Below, in pieces: positions 38,399-50,099 of a stretch of 64,000 nucleotides of DNA. Each line of letters starts with the position of its first letter. Position 1 is the first letter of the stretch. A model generated the notes under the pieces. The model saw only the letters and a program-made list of their open reading frames with translations. It ran no database searches and was not told the DNA's origin. The translations under genes were made by a program, and so were the position numbers. The DNA lies in the NCBI RefSeq assembly GCF_018350175.1, contig NC_058368.1, positions 90,212,001 through 90,276,000 on the forward strand. Reading direction: 5' to 3'. The DNA is from Felis catus (taxonomy: Eukaryota).

Positions 38399-38709
38399 GA
38401 TTTTGCTAGTATTCTGACATCCTCCTGTGATTCTTCATTTTGCTTGACCTGCACTGCTTTCGCCTTCTTCCCTATCCTGCTAGCAATCTCTTCCTCTGTA
38501 CTAACCTGATGAGACTACCTGCACTGGGCTCCTCTCTCCAGCCCCTTTAAGATTCTCCTTTACTCTTTTAAAAAAATAATAATAATAGGTATACCTTTTA
38601 TTTATCCATTACTTTGTTTAGGCTATTTTTTTTTAATTGAAGCATAGTTGGATTCTCCTTTGCTCTTTGAAGGTAAATGCAGTTTTCACAAAATCAAGAG
38701 CAGGTATAA

Positions 38710-39583
38710 AGGAAAAAACGCTCCTGTGTCTCCTGTACTGTTCATATAGTGTCACTTCTGTGACACTTCTGGTCACCAAATGTGTGGGGCTTTCCCCTGT
38801 ACCGAGCAATTCTTAGCCATACCTGCTGGGTGTCCTAGAATTCCGTTGGATTCAGACCCCGTCTGCCTGGAGTTAGCATCACATCCCATAGGTTAAGGGT
38901 TCAAACCCATAAGGCTGCCCCCTCCCTGCCCCACATAAAGCCAGCCACAAGTCCCAGGTTGTCACCTGTACTTCTGACCAACCGGCTGTAAATCAGGGTT
39001 CCCAGCAACCCCCACATAGTGTTCAAAACTTTGTTAGAATGGCTCACAGAACTCAAGCAAACATTTGCTTACATTTACTGGTTTATTATGAAAGATACAG
39101 AGGAGTGGCCAAAGATGCATAGGGCAAGGTATGTGGGAAGGGGCTTGCTGGCACTCCGCCCTTGCAGGACCTGTACATGTTTACCAACCTGGAAGTTCTC
39201 CAAACCCCACACTTTTGGGGGTTCTAATGGAAGCTTCATCCCTTAGGTGTGATCAGTCATTAACTCCATTTCAGCTCCTCTCCCCTGCCCAGAGGGTGGC
39301 AGGGATGGGCTAAAAGTTCCAAGCTTCTCCTCATGGCTTGGTCTTTCTAAAGCTATCCAGGAGCCCACCAAGAGTCCCCTCATTAGAATAGAAGACTCTT
39401 GTCTCACCCAGGAAATTCCAAGGGATTTAGAAACCCTGTGTCAGGGTTCAAGGTCAAGGACCAAATAGCAGAACAAAAGATGCTCCTAATGCTCTTATCA
39501 CTTAGGAAATTGCAAGTGTTTTAGGAGCTTTGTCCCAGGAACCGGGGCAGAAACCAACATATTATGTTTTCTCTTATTTCACA
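38710..39583 (-). mobile_element. MER21-family solo LTR
   Basis: Reverse strand starts tgtgaaataagagaaaa...ggtttctgccccggttcctgggacaaagctcctaaaacacttg; internal gttgtcacctgtacttctgaccaaccggctgtaaatc. Confidence 0.8.
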
Positions 39584-39616
39584 GCAGGTAAATTGTCTGT
39601 CTCTAAAAGGTAAACA

Positions 39617-39766
39617 GGGGTGCTTAGGTGGCATAGTTAGGTTAAGTGTCTGACTTTGATTTCAGCTCAGACCATGATCTCACGGTTCATGAGTTCAAGC
39701 CCCGCATAGGGCTCTCTGCTGTCTGCACAGACCCTGTTTCAGATCCCCTGTCCCCTCCCTCCCCCG

Positions 39767-39846
<80 letters not shown>

Positions 39847-39893
39847 TCTCTCTCACACACACAAAAATAAGTAAACATTAAAAATTTTTTTAA
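39617..39893 (+). mobile_element. Can-SINE with (CA)n(CT)n microsatellite
   Basis: ggggtgcttaggtggc head; long CA then CT array at about 39768-39862. Confidence 0.92.
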
Positions 39894-40182
39894 AGGTGGA
39901 CATAATTACTTAAAAATAAAATCTTTAAAAAATGTGAACATTTGGGAACCTTGATCATAGTATGTGCTCAATAAATATCGTTGAATGGATGGTTGAAATA
40001 ATTAAATGCTTCTTTTCCCAAACAGCTTTCCAGTTGAAACTAGGCGGTGTTCATTTACTTAGTGTTCTTTGAATGAATGAAATTACATGGACTGGTTCCC
40101 TGGGCTACCTGTGAAGCTTTCCCTGCTCCTTTTCCAGCTTGAGTCTTCGAGAGGAAGCCTCAGAACTGGTTTCTAAAACTGT

Positions 40183-40277
40183 TTGTACCTGGTGTGATTA
40201 TAAAGCAATGAGACTGATTGTCATGTGTGGTTTGTGGGATCCGTCTCAGTTACTTTATAGCCATACCTGGTATGTTA
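40183..40277 (+). ncRNA. MIR340: miR-340 precursor hairpin (5p 40198-40219; 3p 40240-40261)
   Basis: TTATAAAGCAATGAGACTGATT matches recalled mature miR-340-5p and TCCGTCTCAGTTACTTTATAGC matches miR-340-3p. The arms are mutually complementary. The position in RNF130 intron 2 on the host strand agrees with the known location. Confidence 0.97.
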
Positions 40278-41940
40278 CACCACAGACCGTTGCCTGTTGA
40301 CCAACATTTTAAAAGCGCAGACCTAAGTTTTCTAAATGGAAAATTTAAATGGTTTAACACTATGTTATGATTTTCTCTAACTTACTGACCATAACTCTTC
40401 TTTCACAAAGATAATTAGATGTTAACTCTGTTGCTTTCTTTAATTTTGCAATTTTTTTTGTTTGTTTTTGGATTCTTTTAATCAGTATTCTGATAAACTG
40501 CTATTCTGATAAAGTGGCTGGCACAATTTTGAATAAGGTAATACAAAAGGTATATGTTCCGTTGGGTTAAATTTTTCAGAAAACTTTTAGTTATTGAATT
40601 TCTTTTCAGTTCAGCCTGTGTTCTTTTGACTGCACATGATAAGGGTAGTTCTTTTAGTCAAATACAATAAACATGTAAACCAAATACTTTAGTAGTAGTA
40701 TTCATTGAAGAAGCGTTTGCAAGGGCATGTTGTGGGGTGTTTGTCTGGTTTTGGTGGTTTACATTTATCTGCAAACCCTATTCCAGTTTGAATAAGTGGT
40801 TATAATTTTCTCTTTCCTGAAATAAAATGTTTATTCTCCTTCCTCCGACCCCCAGAGTCTCAGTCTTTGCTTTGAAGTGTGCTGAAAGTTGCACGTCACC
40901 ACCGGCAGCTTCAGCTTAGAACGGAGGGTCACTGGCAGCTAGACTGGTGTAGAAAGGAAAGGAAATGGGAAATTACTTCCCTCTGAGGAGGAGGAAAGGA
41001 ATAGTAATTTCACGCTCCACAGGAGAGAGAGTAATTTGCCTTTACTGTATCACTACTCCTGGAAATTACATAAGTGAAAGAAGTAAATGACTAGAATGGT
41101 GACTTAAGAACATCCTGTAATTACCTTAAAATAGTTTGTGGCTGTGACAGAACCTCTGGACAGCTGTTAGAAGCTGGAAGGATTCTGATACCAAACTAGT
41201 CTAGGGTGTTGAAGTGTGGACTCGAGTCGGGGAGGGTTTCATTTCCAGAAGGGCTCTGGGCTAAATAAGAAAGGAACCTTCCTCTCATCAGGGCTAGACG
41301 TGGGACCAAAGTTAGCTTCAGCTGTTATTAATGAAGGTTACCCCCTTTTGGCATTTGACTTTTGCAGCTCTATTACTGGATTTGTGTCATGTCAGTGAGA
41401 TCATAAAACTGCATGTCCTGTGCTTTCTATTCCTTCTACTAGTTGTACACACAGTAGGTGCCCTGTAAAGAACGAGTAGTGCACAAAGTACCAATTTTTG
41501 TACTATAAATACTAGTGCTATTCTCCTTTTCTTAAGGAGCTGGGACTTTCTAAAGAGCATTTTAAAATGGAAAAAGTTTTACAGTAAAGACCTGCCATAT
41601 TTTATCACATGACGTTGTTATATAATACCACGTTTAATACTGTCTGTCGTTAACATTTGGCTGATTTAATAATCCATTTTTTAAATGTAGTTGTAAGACA
41701 AGTTAATGGGACTCTTAACACTGCAATAATTTTACACTTTGTCTGAGTTTTAAGATTCCTGTTTCCACTTGGTGCCCGCATAGCCAACTGCAGAGATTGA
41801 TTTCATCTGAAAAGTTGAATCTGCAAACCCTTGCCATTAGCAAAAATTGTAGTGGTTTTTCTAAATAGCGCCTTTGTATGTTTGATGTACCTGTAAATTT
41901 TAAAGATCACTTGAGTATATGTATTTATTTTACATTACAG

Positions 41941-42191
41941 GCACTGGAGATATTATTGCTGTCATGATTACAGAATTGAGGGGTAAGGATATTTTGAGTT
42001 ATCTGGAGAAAAACATCTCTGTACAAATGACAATAGCTGTTGGAACACGAATGCCGCCAAAGAACTTCAGCCGTGGCTCTCTAGTCTTCGTGTCAATATC
42101 CTTTATTGTTTTGATGATTATTTCTTCAGCATGGCTCATATTCTACTTCATTCAGAAGATCAGGTACACGAATGCACGCGACAGGAACCAG
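41941..42191 (+). CDS. RNF130: RNF130 coding exon 3 (end of PA domain, transmembrane helix); 251 nt, phase 1-0
   Basis: Translation (G)[83 protein letters not shown]. Acceptor ttttacattacag|GCACTG, donor AACCAG|gtgagc. Hydrophobic TM segment [25 protein letters not shown]. Confidence 0.97.
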
Positions 42192-42281
42192 GTGAGCTGT
42201 CGGTCGTCTGTAATGATTGATGCTTACCAGCCGTAATTCATGGACATCTATTATGCTCATGTATGGTACCAATAGTTTTTC

Positions 42282-42285
<4 letters not shown>

Positions 42286-42314
<29 letters not shown>
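42286..42314 (+). repeat. Poly(A) tract (A29)
   Basis: Counted directly; starts 95 nt after the end of exon 3. Confidence 0.95.
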
Positions 42315-42317
<3 letters not shown>

Positions 42318-43074
42318 GTGACCCTCAGTCATTTACAGTGTGTTGAAAACCTACTAACACAAATTATTTGAGGGATTTTTTAAATGCCTAAATGGGGAAT
42401 TTAAATTTACAGTGATCACTTAGAATATTCTATGTAAATGTTTAGCATAGTATCATAATATGATCTAGCTAATTCCTGGTAATTTGAGGAAATATCACAG
42501 AGTTGCATTTTTAAGCTAGTAGCATTGATGGTCATTGGGAGTGGGTGCTGGGGGGAGATGGCACATGCCTTCATGCTGTGTGAATTTTGAACTGTAGATT
42601 ACCTATTCAGATAAAATAAACCAATTAAGATTACCTATCCTGTGTAAGCCAGGCCGTGGGGGAGACAATGAGGTGGAGAAGGACCCATAGAAGAGCAGTA
42701 TCCAGTTGTCCCAGAGCCTCCATTAACCAGCATAAACAGTGCTCAGTGGATCTCGGATGAGTGGGTAAAGACACAGGAAAGACAAGACTGTGTGCTGCCC
42801 TGTGGTGGATGGCCTGCAGGCAGTGATTTTGTCAGGTTGTTAGTTTGTTTGGTGCACATCGGGGGGCTGGGCTGGAGGTGTTGAGTCCCAGTGCCAGCCC
42901 GAGGCTTCTCTAGGAGAAAACCAGCAGGGGAAGTGCTTGGAGAGTGGTTGGTAGCCAGTTTTTATGTAATGCCATCCTCTCCTTAAACAGAGTACATCCA
43001 GATCCCTGTGGGGGAGTTGAAATTTTCAGCCTTCCTCATTCTAGCGAAAGAAGGACAGATGCTGCTGTGGAACA

Positions 43075-43175
43075 GATGAGTTCAAATCCCGACCTCACCA
43101 TCAGTTTGCCATGGTCCTTATAGACCATTTATTTCACTTCTCAACTTGTTTCTTCATCTGAAAATAGGTATAAAA
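43075..43175 (+). mobile_element. MIR fragment
   Basis: gagttcaaatcccgacctcacca...tttcttcatctgaaaataggtataa. Confidence 0.7.
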
Positions 43176-43647
43176 TATCTGAAAACTGGAGTTTATTGCA
43201 CGTTTTTGTGCCAGGCTCTGTGCAGTATCCTGGATATTTTAAAAAAGTTTTAATATGATAATTTTTATTATTTATAATTTCAGTCTTACAGATGCTGCAT
43301 AAATAGTATAAAGTATTCCTTTCCCCAGGTTCTTCAACTGTTAACATTTACCCTATTTGCTTTTCTATGTGTACATACCTTTTTTAACCATTTGAGAGTA
43401 AATTTGAGATATGATGCTCCTCTACCCTTACTACTTCCTTGTGTATTTTTTTTAAAGCAAGAACATTTTCTTACATAATCACAATGTGATTATCAAAATC
43501 AGGAAGTTAACATTGATACAATACTATTATCTGATCTAGAGACCTTTCTTTCTAGGTTTTGTAAAATTGTCTTAATAATGTCTTTTCTAGCAGAGCAAAC
43601 CCTGTATTGATCCAAACATTGAATGTTGCATTGAGTTGTCATGTCTA

Positions 43648-43750
43648 TTTTTTTTTTTTTTAATTAAGCTTTATGCCCAGCATGGGGCTTGAACTCACAC
43701 CCCCAAGATCAAGAGTTGCACACTCTACTCACCGGACTAGCCAGGCACCC
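43648..43750 (-). mobile_element. Short tRNA-like Can-SINE
   Basis: ggggcttgaactcacacccccaagatcaagagt...agccaggcaccc. Confidence 0.85.
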
Positions 43751-43794
43751 TTGTCATGTCTCTCTCAATCTGTTTCATGGCATTGGCATTTTTT

Positions 43795-43999
43795 AAAATG
43801 TTTTTCTGTTTATTTTTGTGAGAGAGACAGAACGTGAGTGGGGGAGGGGCAGAGTGAGAAGGAAATACAGAATCTGAAGCAGGCTCCAGGCCCTGACCTA
43901 TCAGCACAGAGCCCAACACAGGGCTCAAACTCATGAACTGTGAGATCATGACCTGAGCCGAAGCCAGCTGCCTAACCGACTGAGCCACCCAGGCACCCC
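43795..43999 (-). mobile_element. Can-SINE
   Basis: Typical antisense body ending gagccacccaggcacccc. Confidence 0.92.
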
Positions 44000-44341
44000 T
44001 GGAATTTGCATTTTTGAAGAGTCCAAGCCAGTTGTTTTGTATTTGAGTTTGTCTAATACCCAGCATTCCCTCATTATTATATCCAGGTATATGCATTTTT
44101 TGGGGAATATCAGTCCTTCACATTTGGTAAACTTTTTTTTCTTGTTTTTGTTTTTTTTTGTTTTTATTTAAGATAATCATAGATTCACATGCATTTGTAA
44201 GAAATAATACAGGGAGATCCCAGTACTCTTCATCCCCCAAGGGTAAGATCTTGCATAACTATAGTAAATATTATAACTATAGTAAATATGACATTGATAT
44301 AATCCATTGATCTTACTCAGATTTCTCCAGTTTAACCTGTA

Positions 44342-44386
<45 letters not shown>

Positions 44387-46244
44387 TTCTATATGATTTT
44401 GAGTCACCACTGCCACAATTGAGATACACAACAATTCACCACAAGGATCCCTTGTGCTATTTTCTTTTATACTCATGGGCACCTCCTTCCTGCCCTCCTG
44501 CCTAATTCCTGATAGCACTAATCTGTTCTCCACTCTACAGTTTTGTCATTTCAAGAATGCTGTATGAATGGAATCATATAGTACTTAACTTTTAGAGTTT
44601 GGTGTCTTTGCCTAACGCAATCCCCTTACGAGTCTCCCAAGTTGTTGTGTGTATTGGTAGTTTATTCTCTTTTATTGCTGAGTAGTGTTCTATAGCTTGG
44701 ATATACCAGTCCAGTGAACCCAGTTGTTTCAAGGTTTTGGGTATTTTAAAGTGGCTGTGAACATCTGTTATGGATTTTTGTGTTAACATGAGTTTGCATT
44801 TGCCTTGGATAAATGTTCGGGAGAGAAATATCTGGGCCATTATGGCAAGCGCATACATCATGTTAGAAGAAACTGCCATACCTTTCCCCAAGCAGCTCTA
44901 TATTCCGTGTTCACACTAGAAACATATCCCTGACCCATATCCTCTGCACCCTTGATGGTGCATGTTGTCACTAATTTTTATTTTAGCCGTTTGATGGTAG
45001 CTGTGTAGGCACATCTCTCCTGCGTTCCTCTGATGGCTGCTGATGTGGAGCATCTTTTCATGTGTTTATTTGCCGTCTGTATGTCCTCATTACTGAAATG
45101 CCTGTTCATGTCTCTTGACCATTTCCTAGCTAGGTTGTTTTAGGGTTTTTTTTTTTCTGTTGAGTTTTGGAAGTTTTTACATTCCAGATACAAGCCTTTG
45201 TCAGAATTGTGGTCTGCAGATGTTTTATCCCAGTGTCTTATCTGGGAAGAGGTCAGAAGACTTCTTCACAGGGTCTTCTGAACAGCAAAAAGATTTAATT
45301 TTGATGAGGTTTAATTTATCCATTTGACTTTTGCCATCAAGTCTAAAAACTTTTTGCCGAACCCTAGATTCCAAAGATCTTCTCTTTTTTTTTTTTTAGA
45401 AGTTTTATAGTTCTGCCTTTTACATTTAAGTCCATAACCATAATCCATTTTGAGGTCATGTTTTTAATAAATAAGAGGTTTAGGTTAAGGATTTTTTTTT
45501 TTTTTTTTAGCCTTATTGCAGTGGCTAGAATTTTCAGTAACATGTTGATGACAGTGGTAAATGAGAGTGGGCATCCTTGCCTGTACCTAATCTTAGAGGA
45601 AAGGATTCAGTCTTTCATCATTGAGTATGTTTTAGCTGTCATACTTTGTAGATGTTTATTACCAGCTTGACAAAGCTCATCTGTATTTCTAGTTTGCTGA
45701 GAGCTTTTATCACAAATGGGTGTTCGATTTTGTCAGATGTTTTCCGTGTCCGTTGATGCAATCATACGATTTTTTATTTTCTTCTTTATCCTGTTGACAT
45801 GGTGGATAGTATTCATTGATTTTCTAATGTTGAACCAGACCTGCATGCCTGTAACAAATCCTGCTTCATCATGGTGTATGATTTTTTTGTGTGTGCATTG
45901 CTGAATTTGGCTGGCTGTTGTTTTGTTGAGGATCTTTGTGTCTAAGTTTGTGAGAGATACCGGTCTGTAGTTTTTTTTGCGGGGAGTGGGGAGTGGGGAG
46001 GGGTTGTTGGAAAATTGTAATTTCTTTGATGGTTAAAAGACTGTTCAGGTTGTCTGTATCGCCTTTATTGAAACTTGGTAATTTGTGGTTTTTGAGGAAT
46101 TGGCCCTTTTTTTAGATGTTGTCAAATCTACAAGTATGATGTTGTTTACAGTATTCCCTTGTTCTTTTAGTGGCTGCAGTGTCTGTCTTCGTTCCTGATT
46201 TTAATGATTTGTATCTTCTCTTTATTTTTGTCAGTCCTTTAAAG

Positions 46245-46470
46245 TTTTTTTTTTTTAAGTTTATTTATTTATTTTGAAAGAGACAGAGACCATGTGAGTG
46301 GGAGAGGGGCAGGGAGAGAGGGAGAGAGTAAATCTCAAGCAGGCTCGGTTCTGTCAGCACAGAGCCCTATTCGGGGCCTGGGGCTCAAACTCATGAAACC
46401 ATGAGATCATGCATGACTTGAGCCAAAAGCAAGAGTTGGAGGCTTAACCAACTATGCCATCCAGGCACTC
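46245..46470 (-). mobile_element. Can-SINE
   Basis: Poly-T, (GA)-rich segment, ...gccatccaggcactc. Confidence 0.9.
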
Positions 46471-46597
46471 TTATTTTTGTAAGTCTTGATAGAAACTTCT
46501 CAGTTTTTTATATTTTCAAAGAACCAGCTTTTTTGTTTGTTTGTTTGATTTTTAAAGATGGGAACTTATATTATTTATGAAAACTTTTCTCTTTCTA

Positions 46598-46805
46598 GGG
46601 CCCCTGGGTCAGTCAACTCTTGATTTCAGCTCAGGTCATGATCTCATGGTTTGTGAGATCCAGCCCCACATCAGGTTCTGCACTGATAGCGAGGAACCTG
46701 CTTGGGATTCCCTCTCCTTCTCTCTCTGCCCCTCCCCTGCTCACGTGTGCCATGTATGCACGCGCTCTCTCTCTCTCTCTTTCTCAAAATAAATTTTTAA
46801 AAAAA
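46598..46805 (+). mobile_element. Can-SINE
   Basis: gggcccctggg...ctcttgatttcagctcaggtcatgatctc, (CT)n, tail. Confidence 0.88.
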
Positions 46806-46814
46806 GAAATCTTT

Positions 46815-47066
46815 TGGGGCGCCTGGGTGGCTCAGTCGGTTGAGCGTCCGACTTTGGCTCAGGTCATGATCTCGCAGTTTGTGGGTTCGAGCCCTGCATC
46901 AGTCTCTGTGCTGACTGCTTGCTCAGAGCTTGGAGCCTGCTTCAGATTCTGTGTCTCCTTCTCTCTCTGTCCCTCCCCCGCTCACACTTTGTCTCATTCT
47001 GTTTCTCAAAAATAAATAAATGTTAAAAAAGAAAAAGAAAAATACTAGGCAACAGAAATTAAAAAA
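46815..47066 (+). mobile_element. Can-SINE (SINEC_Fc-type)
   Basis: ggggcgcctgggtggctcagtcgg head; TSD aaaaaagaaatctttt on both sides. Confidence 0.92.
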
Positions 47067-50000
47067 AAAAAAAGAAATCTTTTGTCTTTCCCTTGTAAGG
47101 ATTTTGTGCCATAAATTTCTTAACACTACTGCTTTCACTGTGTCCTGTATTCTTTGATATCCTGTGCTTCCATTTTTGTTTAGTTTTACGTAATTTTTTC
47201 TTTGGGGACTTCCTCTTTGACCAATGACTTCACTTTCCAGAGTTCAGAGATTCTGCAGTTACCTTAGTGTTGCTGATTACTAGTTTGGTTTCATTATGAT
47301 CAGATGTATGATTTAAATTCTTCCAGATGTGTTGAGGTTTGTTTTATTACCTGGGATATAGTCTGTCTTAGCAAATGTTCTGTGGGTGGTTGGGGAAAAA
47401 ATGTGTATTCTGCTGTTGGGTGGCGTGTTCTGTAGATGGCAATTAGATCATGCGCTCAGCTTGCCTCTGTGAGGAAGTGGGGTGGAAAGATCCCCTTCCC
47501 ACTGGGCCCCACTGAAACCATGTGGCAAAGAGGGGTGCGATCTTTCCACGGGTGTTTGGCTAGAGTAGGACAGGTAGGCAGTCCACCCTGTGTTCCTCAA
47601 GTCTCCAGGTCCCTCCTCTCCACCTTTTAGAGACTTGCTGTCCTTGCCTGTTGTGGTAGATCCAGGGGGAGGGCTAGGAGGAGGAGGCTCCTGTGTCGTG
47701 GCAGAGCTGACGGTCCCCATAGGATCTCCCACACTTGGACTGGGACATAGGTGACGAAAACAATAAAGGAATATTAGATGAAAATGTTAACATATAAAAT
47801 GTGCTACAACCCTAGAAAAGATTATTAGACATAATGTGCGAAATTATACATTTACAGCCTTCAGATTGAAGGCACCAGTTTTATGAAGTTTTTGATAAAA
47901 TGAAAAGATGTAAAAAAAAGCGTTGTGATGAAATGGAAGAATAGAGTCACACCCGCACTAACAAAACGACAGCATTTGTGTATTTATCATCGAGGCACCT
48001 GGCAAGAAATCTTGTCTGATGATATTTGAGGAAAATAGATGTCAGCTGAAGTTCTTGAGCTTCTTGAAGGACAGTAGCACAGCCCTGAAGTGGTTTTTAA
48101 CAGCCCACTTTCTTCAGTGATGTAGCCTTCTTTTTTAATTTAAATGTGTCACCGATATAATGCATGAACATGATTCTTAAAAATAAATAGCACCACAAGG
48201 CTTGGTTCCTTGCCCGGTCTTTTCCTAATTTTTGTTTCCCAGAGACAAGTGACCTCTTTCAACTCTGCTATCTGTTCCCTCTGTTATTAACTCCATATTT
48301 ACATGTAGCATGTTATACTCCTTTAAAAAAATTATAAAGACGTTTGTTAAGTATGTTGTTATGAAACACTAAAAGTGAAGTGATCAAGAGTTGCTCTGAA
48401 ATGGTGTTCTGGACAGGAGAACCCTACAATTGTGGGTTGAATGTAGTGCATCCCAAGGACTTTTGGAAAAGAGCGAGTGGTCTGGTCGGTCCCAGGAGCC
48501 TGGTATTTGATGGTAGCATTTTAATTAGCACCCGGCGTGGGGCCTGTGTGTGATGCAGGCGGCAACACACCCACCATCTGGCGCAGGCCACAGGCGCTTG
48601 CCGTGCAGCCGATTGCGCACAGGCTTCCAAAGCCTTCTCCAGGCGCTGCTGTGGCGGAAAGTGATGTTCTGACCTTTTTTCCTCCTTCCGTTTTTTTCCT
48701 AAGGTTGAGAAACGCTTGATGAAATTTTTATGTGGCTTAAAAAGCTTAGCTTATTAAAGTTTAATAAGAAGGTGGCAACAGCCCAACTGGTTGAAACCTT
48801 TGGCTATTTTAAATGAGAAGCCAGAAGTATTGGCAAAGGAAAAACAGTGAGTTTAAGGCGAGACCCATTTTCTCCCACAAACTGTCATCGTGAAGCAGTG
48901 CTTTGGACAGAATATGCTGCTAAAGAGAGCCACATAACATAAATAACTTTCTGAGCACAATGTAATGTACACAATTGACACCATTTTGCACGTGCAAAAA
49001 GAATCTACTGCTCTGGCTCTTTAGTTTACTGTTAAATTATCTGTGGTTTGCTCTTCCTAAAGGACTGTCAGAATGCATCTGGATACAGTGTTTATGTGCA
49101 AATAGCTCAGAGGATTGTTGCCTTCTGATAAGTCAGTGATAGTTCGTTCACACAAGGGGATAGATGTTCAATGTGTTTATATGGAAAGGGAGCCTCCAGT
49201 TTTTCCGAGAAATGTAAAACTTTCTCACACTTACATGGTCGGTGGTGCGCCTTTATCCTACAGTAATCCAATTTGATTCCCAAAACAGAACAATAATTTT
49301 TTATTTTACTATTGAGGAATAATAGGGCAGATATAAACAAAATTCCACAAGCCAAACCTGAGTTTAGAATGTCTTTTTATGAAAATTCCCTGTGAAAATT
49401 ATACAGTTTCTAAGGTATTTAAAACTTCCTAAGCTCCTTGCCAAAACATGTGTACCTTATTCTTAGTCTTTATAAATATCCTGAGGTTACTGAAACGAAA
49501 CAGGCTTTTCTTGCCCATTTTCATCCCAGAAGGTAGCTAACTGGAGAGTGCACTTACCTGTGATAGTATGGAAGAACACCAAATGTTCTGCATAGGACAG
49601 CAGATACTTATACACAGTTGACCTTGGAAATGTGGTGGGCTCAGAGTCTTCCTTCCACACTGAGCAGGGAGATATTGCACATACTGTCAAGATTTTTTTC
49701 CCCTTGGAAAAGATTATGTAGTTGAAAGAGACAGACGGCCTTTGTCATTGTTGGATTGTACACTGAATTTTATCTGCTAGGTTTTTTAGGGATTAATAAT
49801 TCCAGACAAACTGAAGAAGGAAAGTAGGTGTCTGAGCTGAGTGTGTACATGTTACTTTATCATCTTTCTACCTTCTTTTTCATGTCCTGCCATTATGGTC
49901 AGTTTACATAAATAAATACCACCGTCTGTATGCAGAGAGTATATGCCTTCTAAACGTTATACATCGAGAGCTTAAGATTTTTTTCTAGCACAAAATATCC

Positions 50001-50099
50001 TGTTGAGAACAGGGTGTTCTGAGGCATTCATTACTACCTCCTCAGGGTTTAGCATGGGGCCTGGCACATCACACTGACTCAGTGAATGCTTAAATTTAA

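Larger units (their letters stand above)
43250..44125 (-). mobile_element. L1MC4/5-type 3' end carrying two Can-SINEs
   Basis: ttaaccatttgagagtaa...gaacattttcttacataatcacaatgtgattatcaaaatcaggaagttaacattgatacaata. Confidence 0.78.
44160..47450 (-). mobile_element. Old L1 (3' UTR plus ORF2 remnants) with (TG)n and three inserted SINEs
   Basis: atagattcacatgcatttgtaagaaataatacag; gagagtgggcatccttgcct; aaagaaccagctttt; aatgtgtattctgctgttgggtgg. Confidence 0.85.

Noticed and set aside
44256..44290. Tandem duplication ataactatagtaaatat
   Set aside because: Ordinary microduplication inside an old L1.
49613..49635. cagttgaccttggaa resembling a Tigger2 TIR
   Set aside because: Short match, and I could not find a partner TIR.
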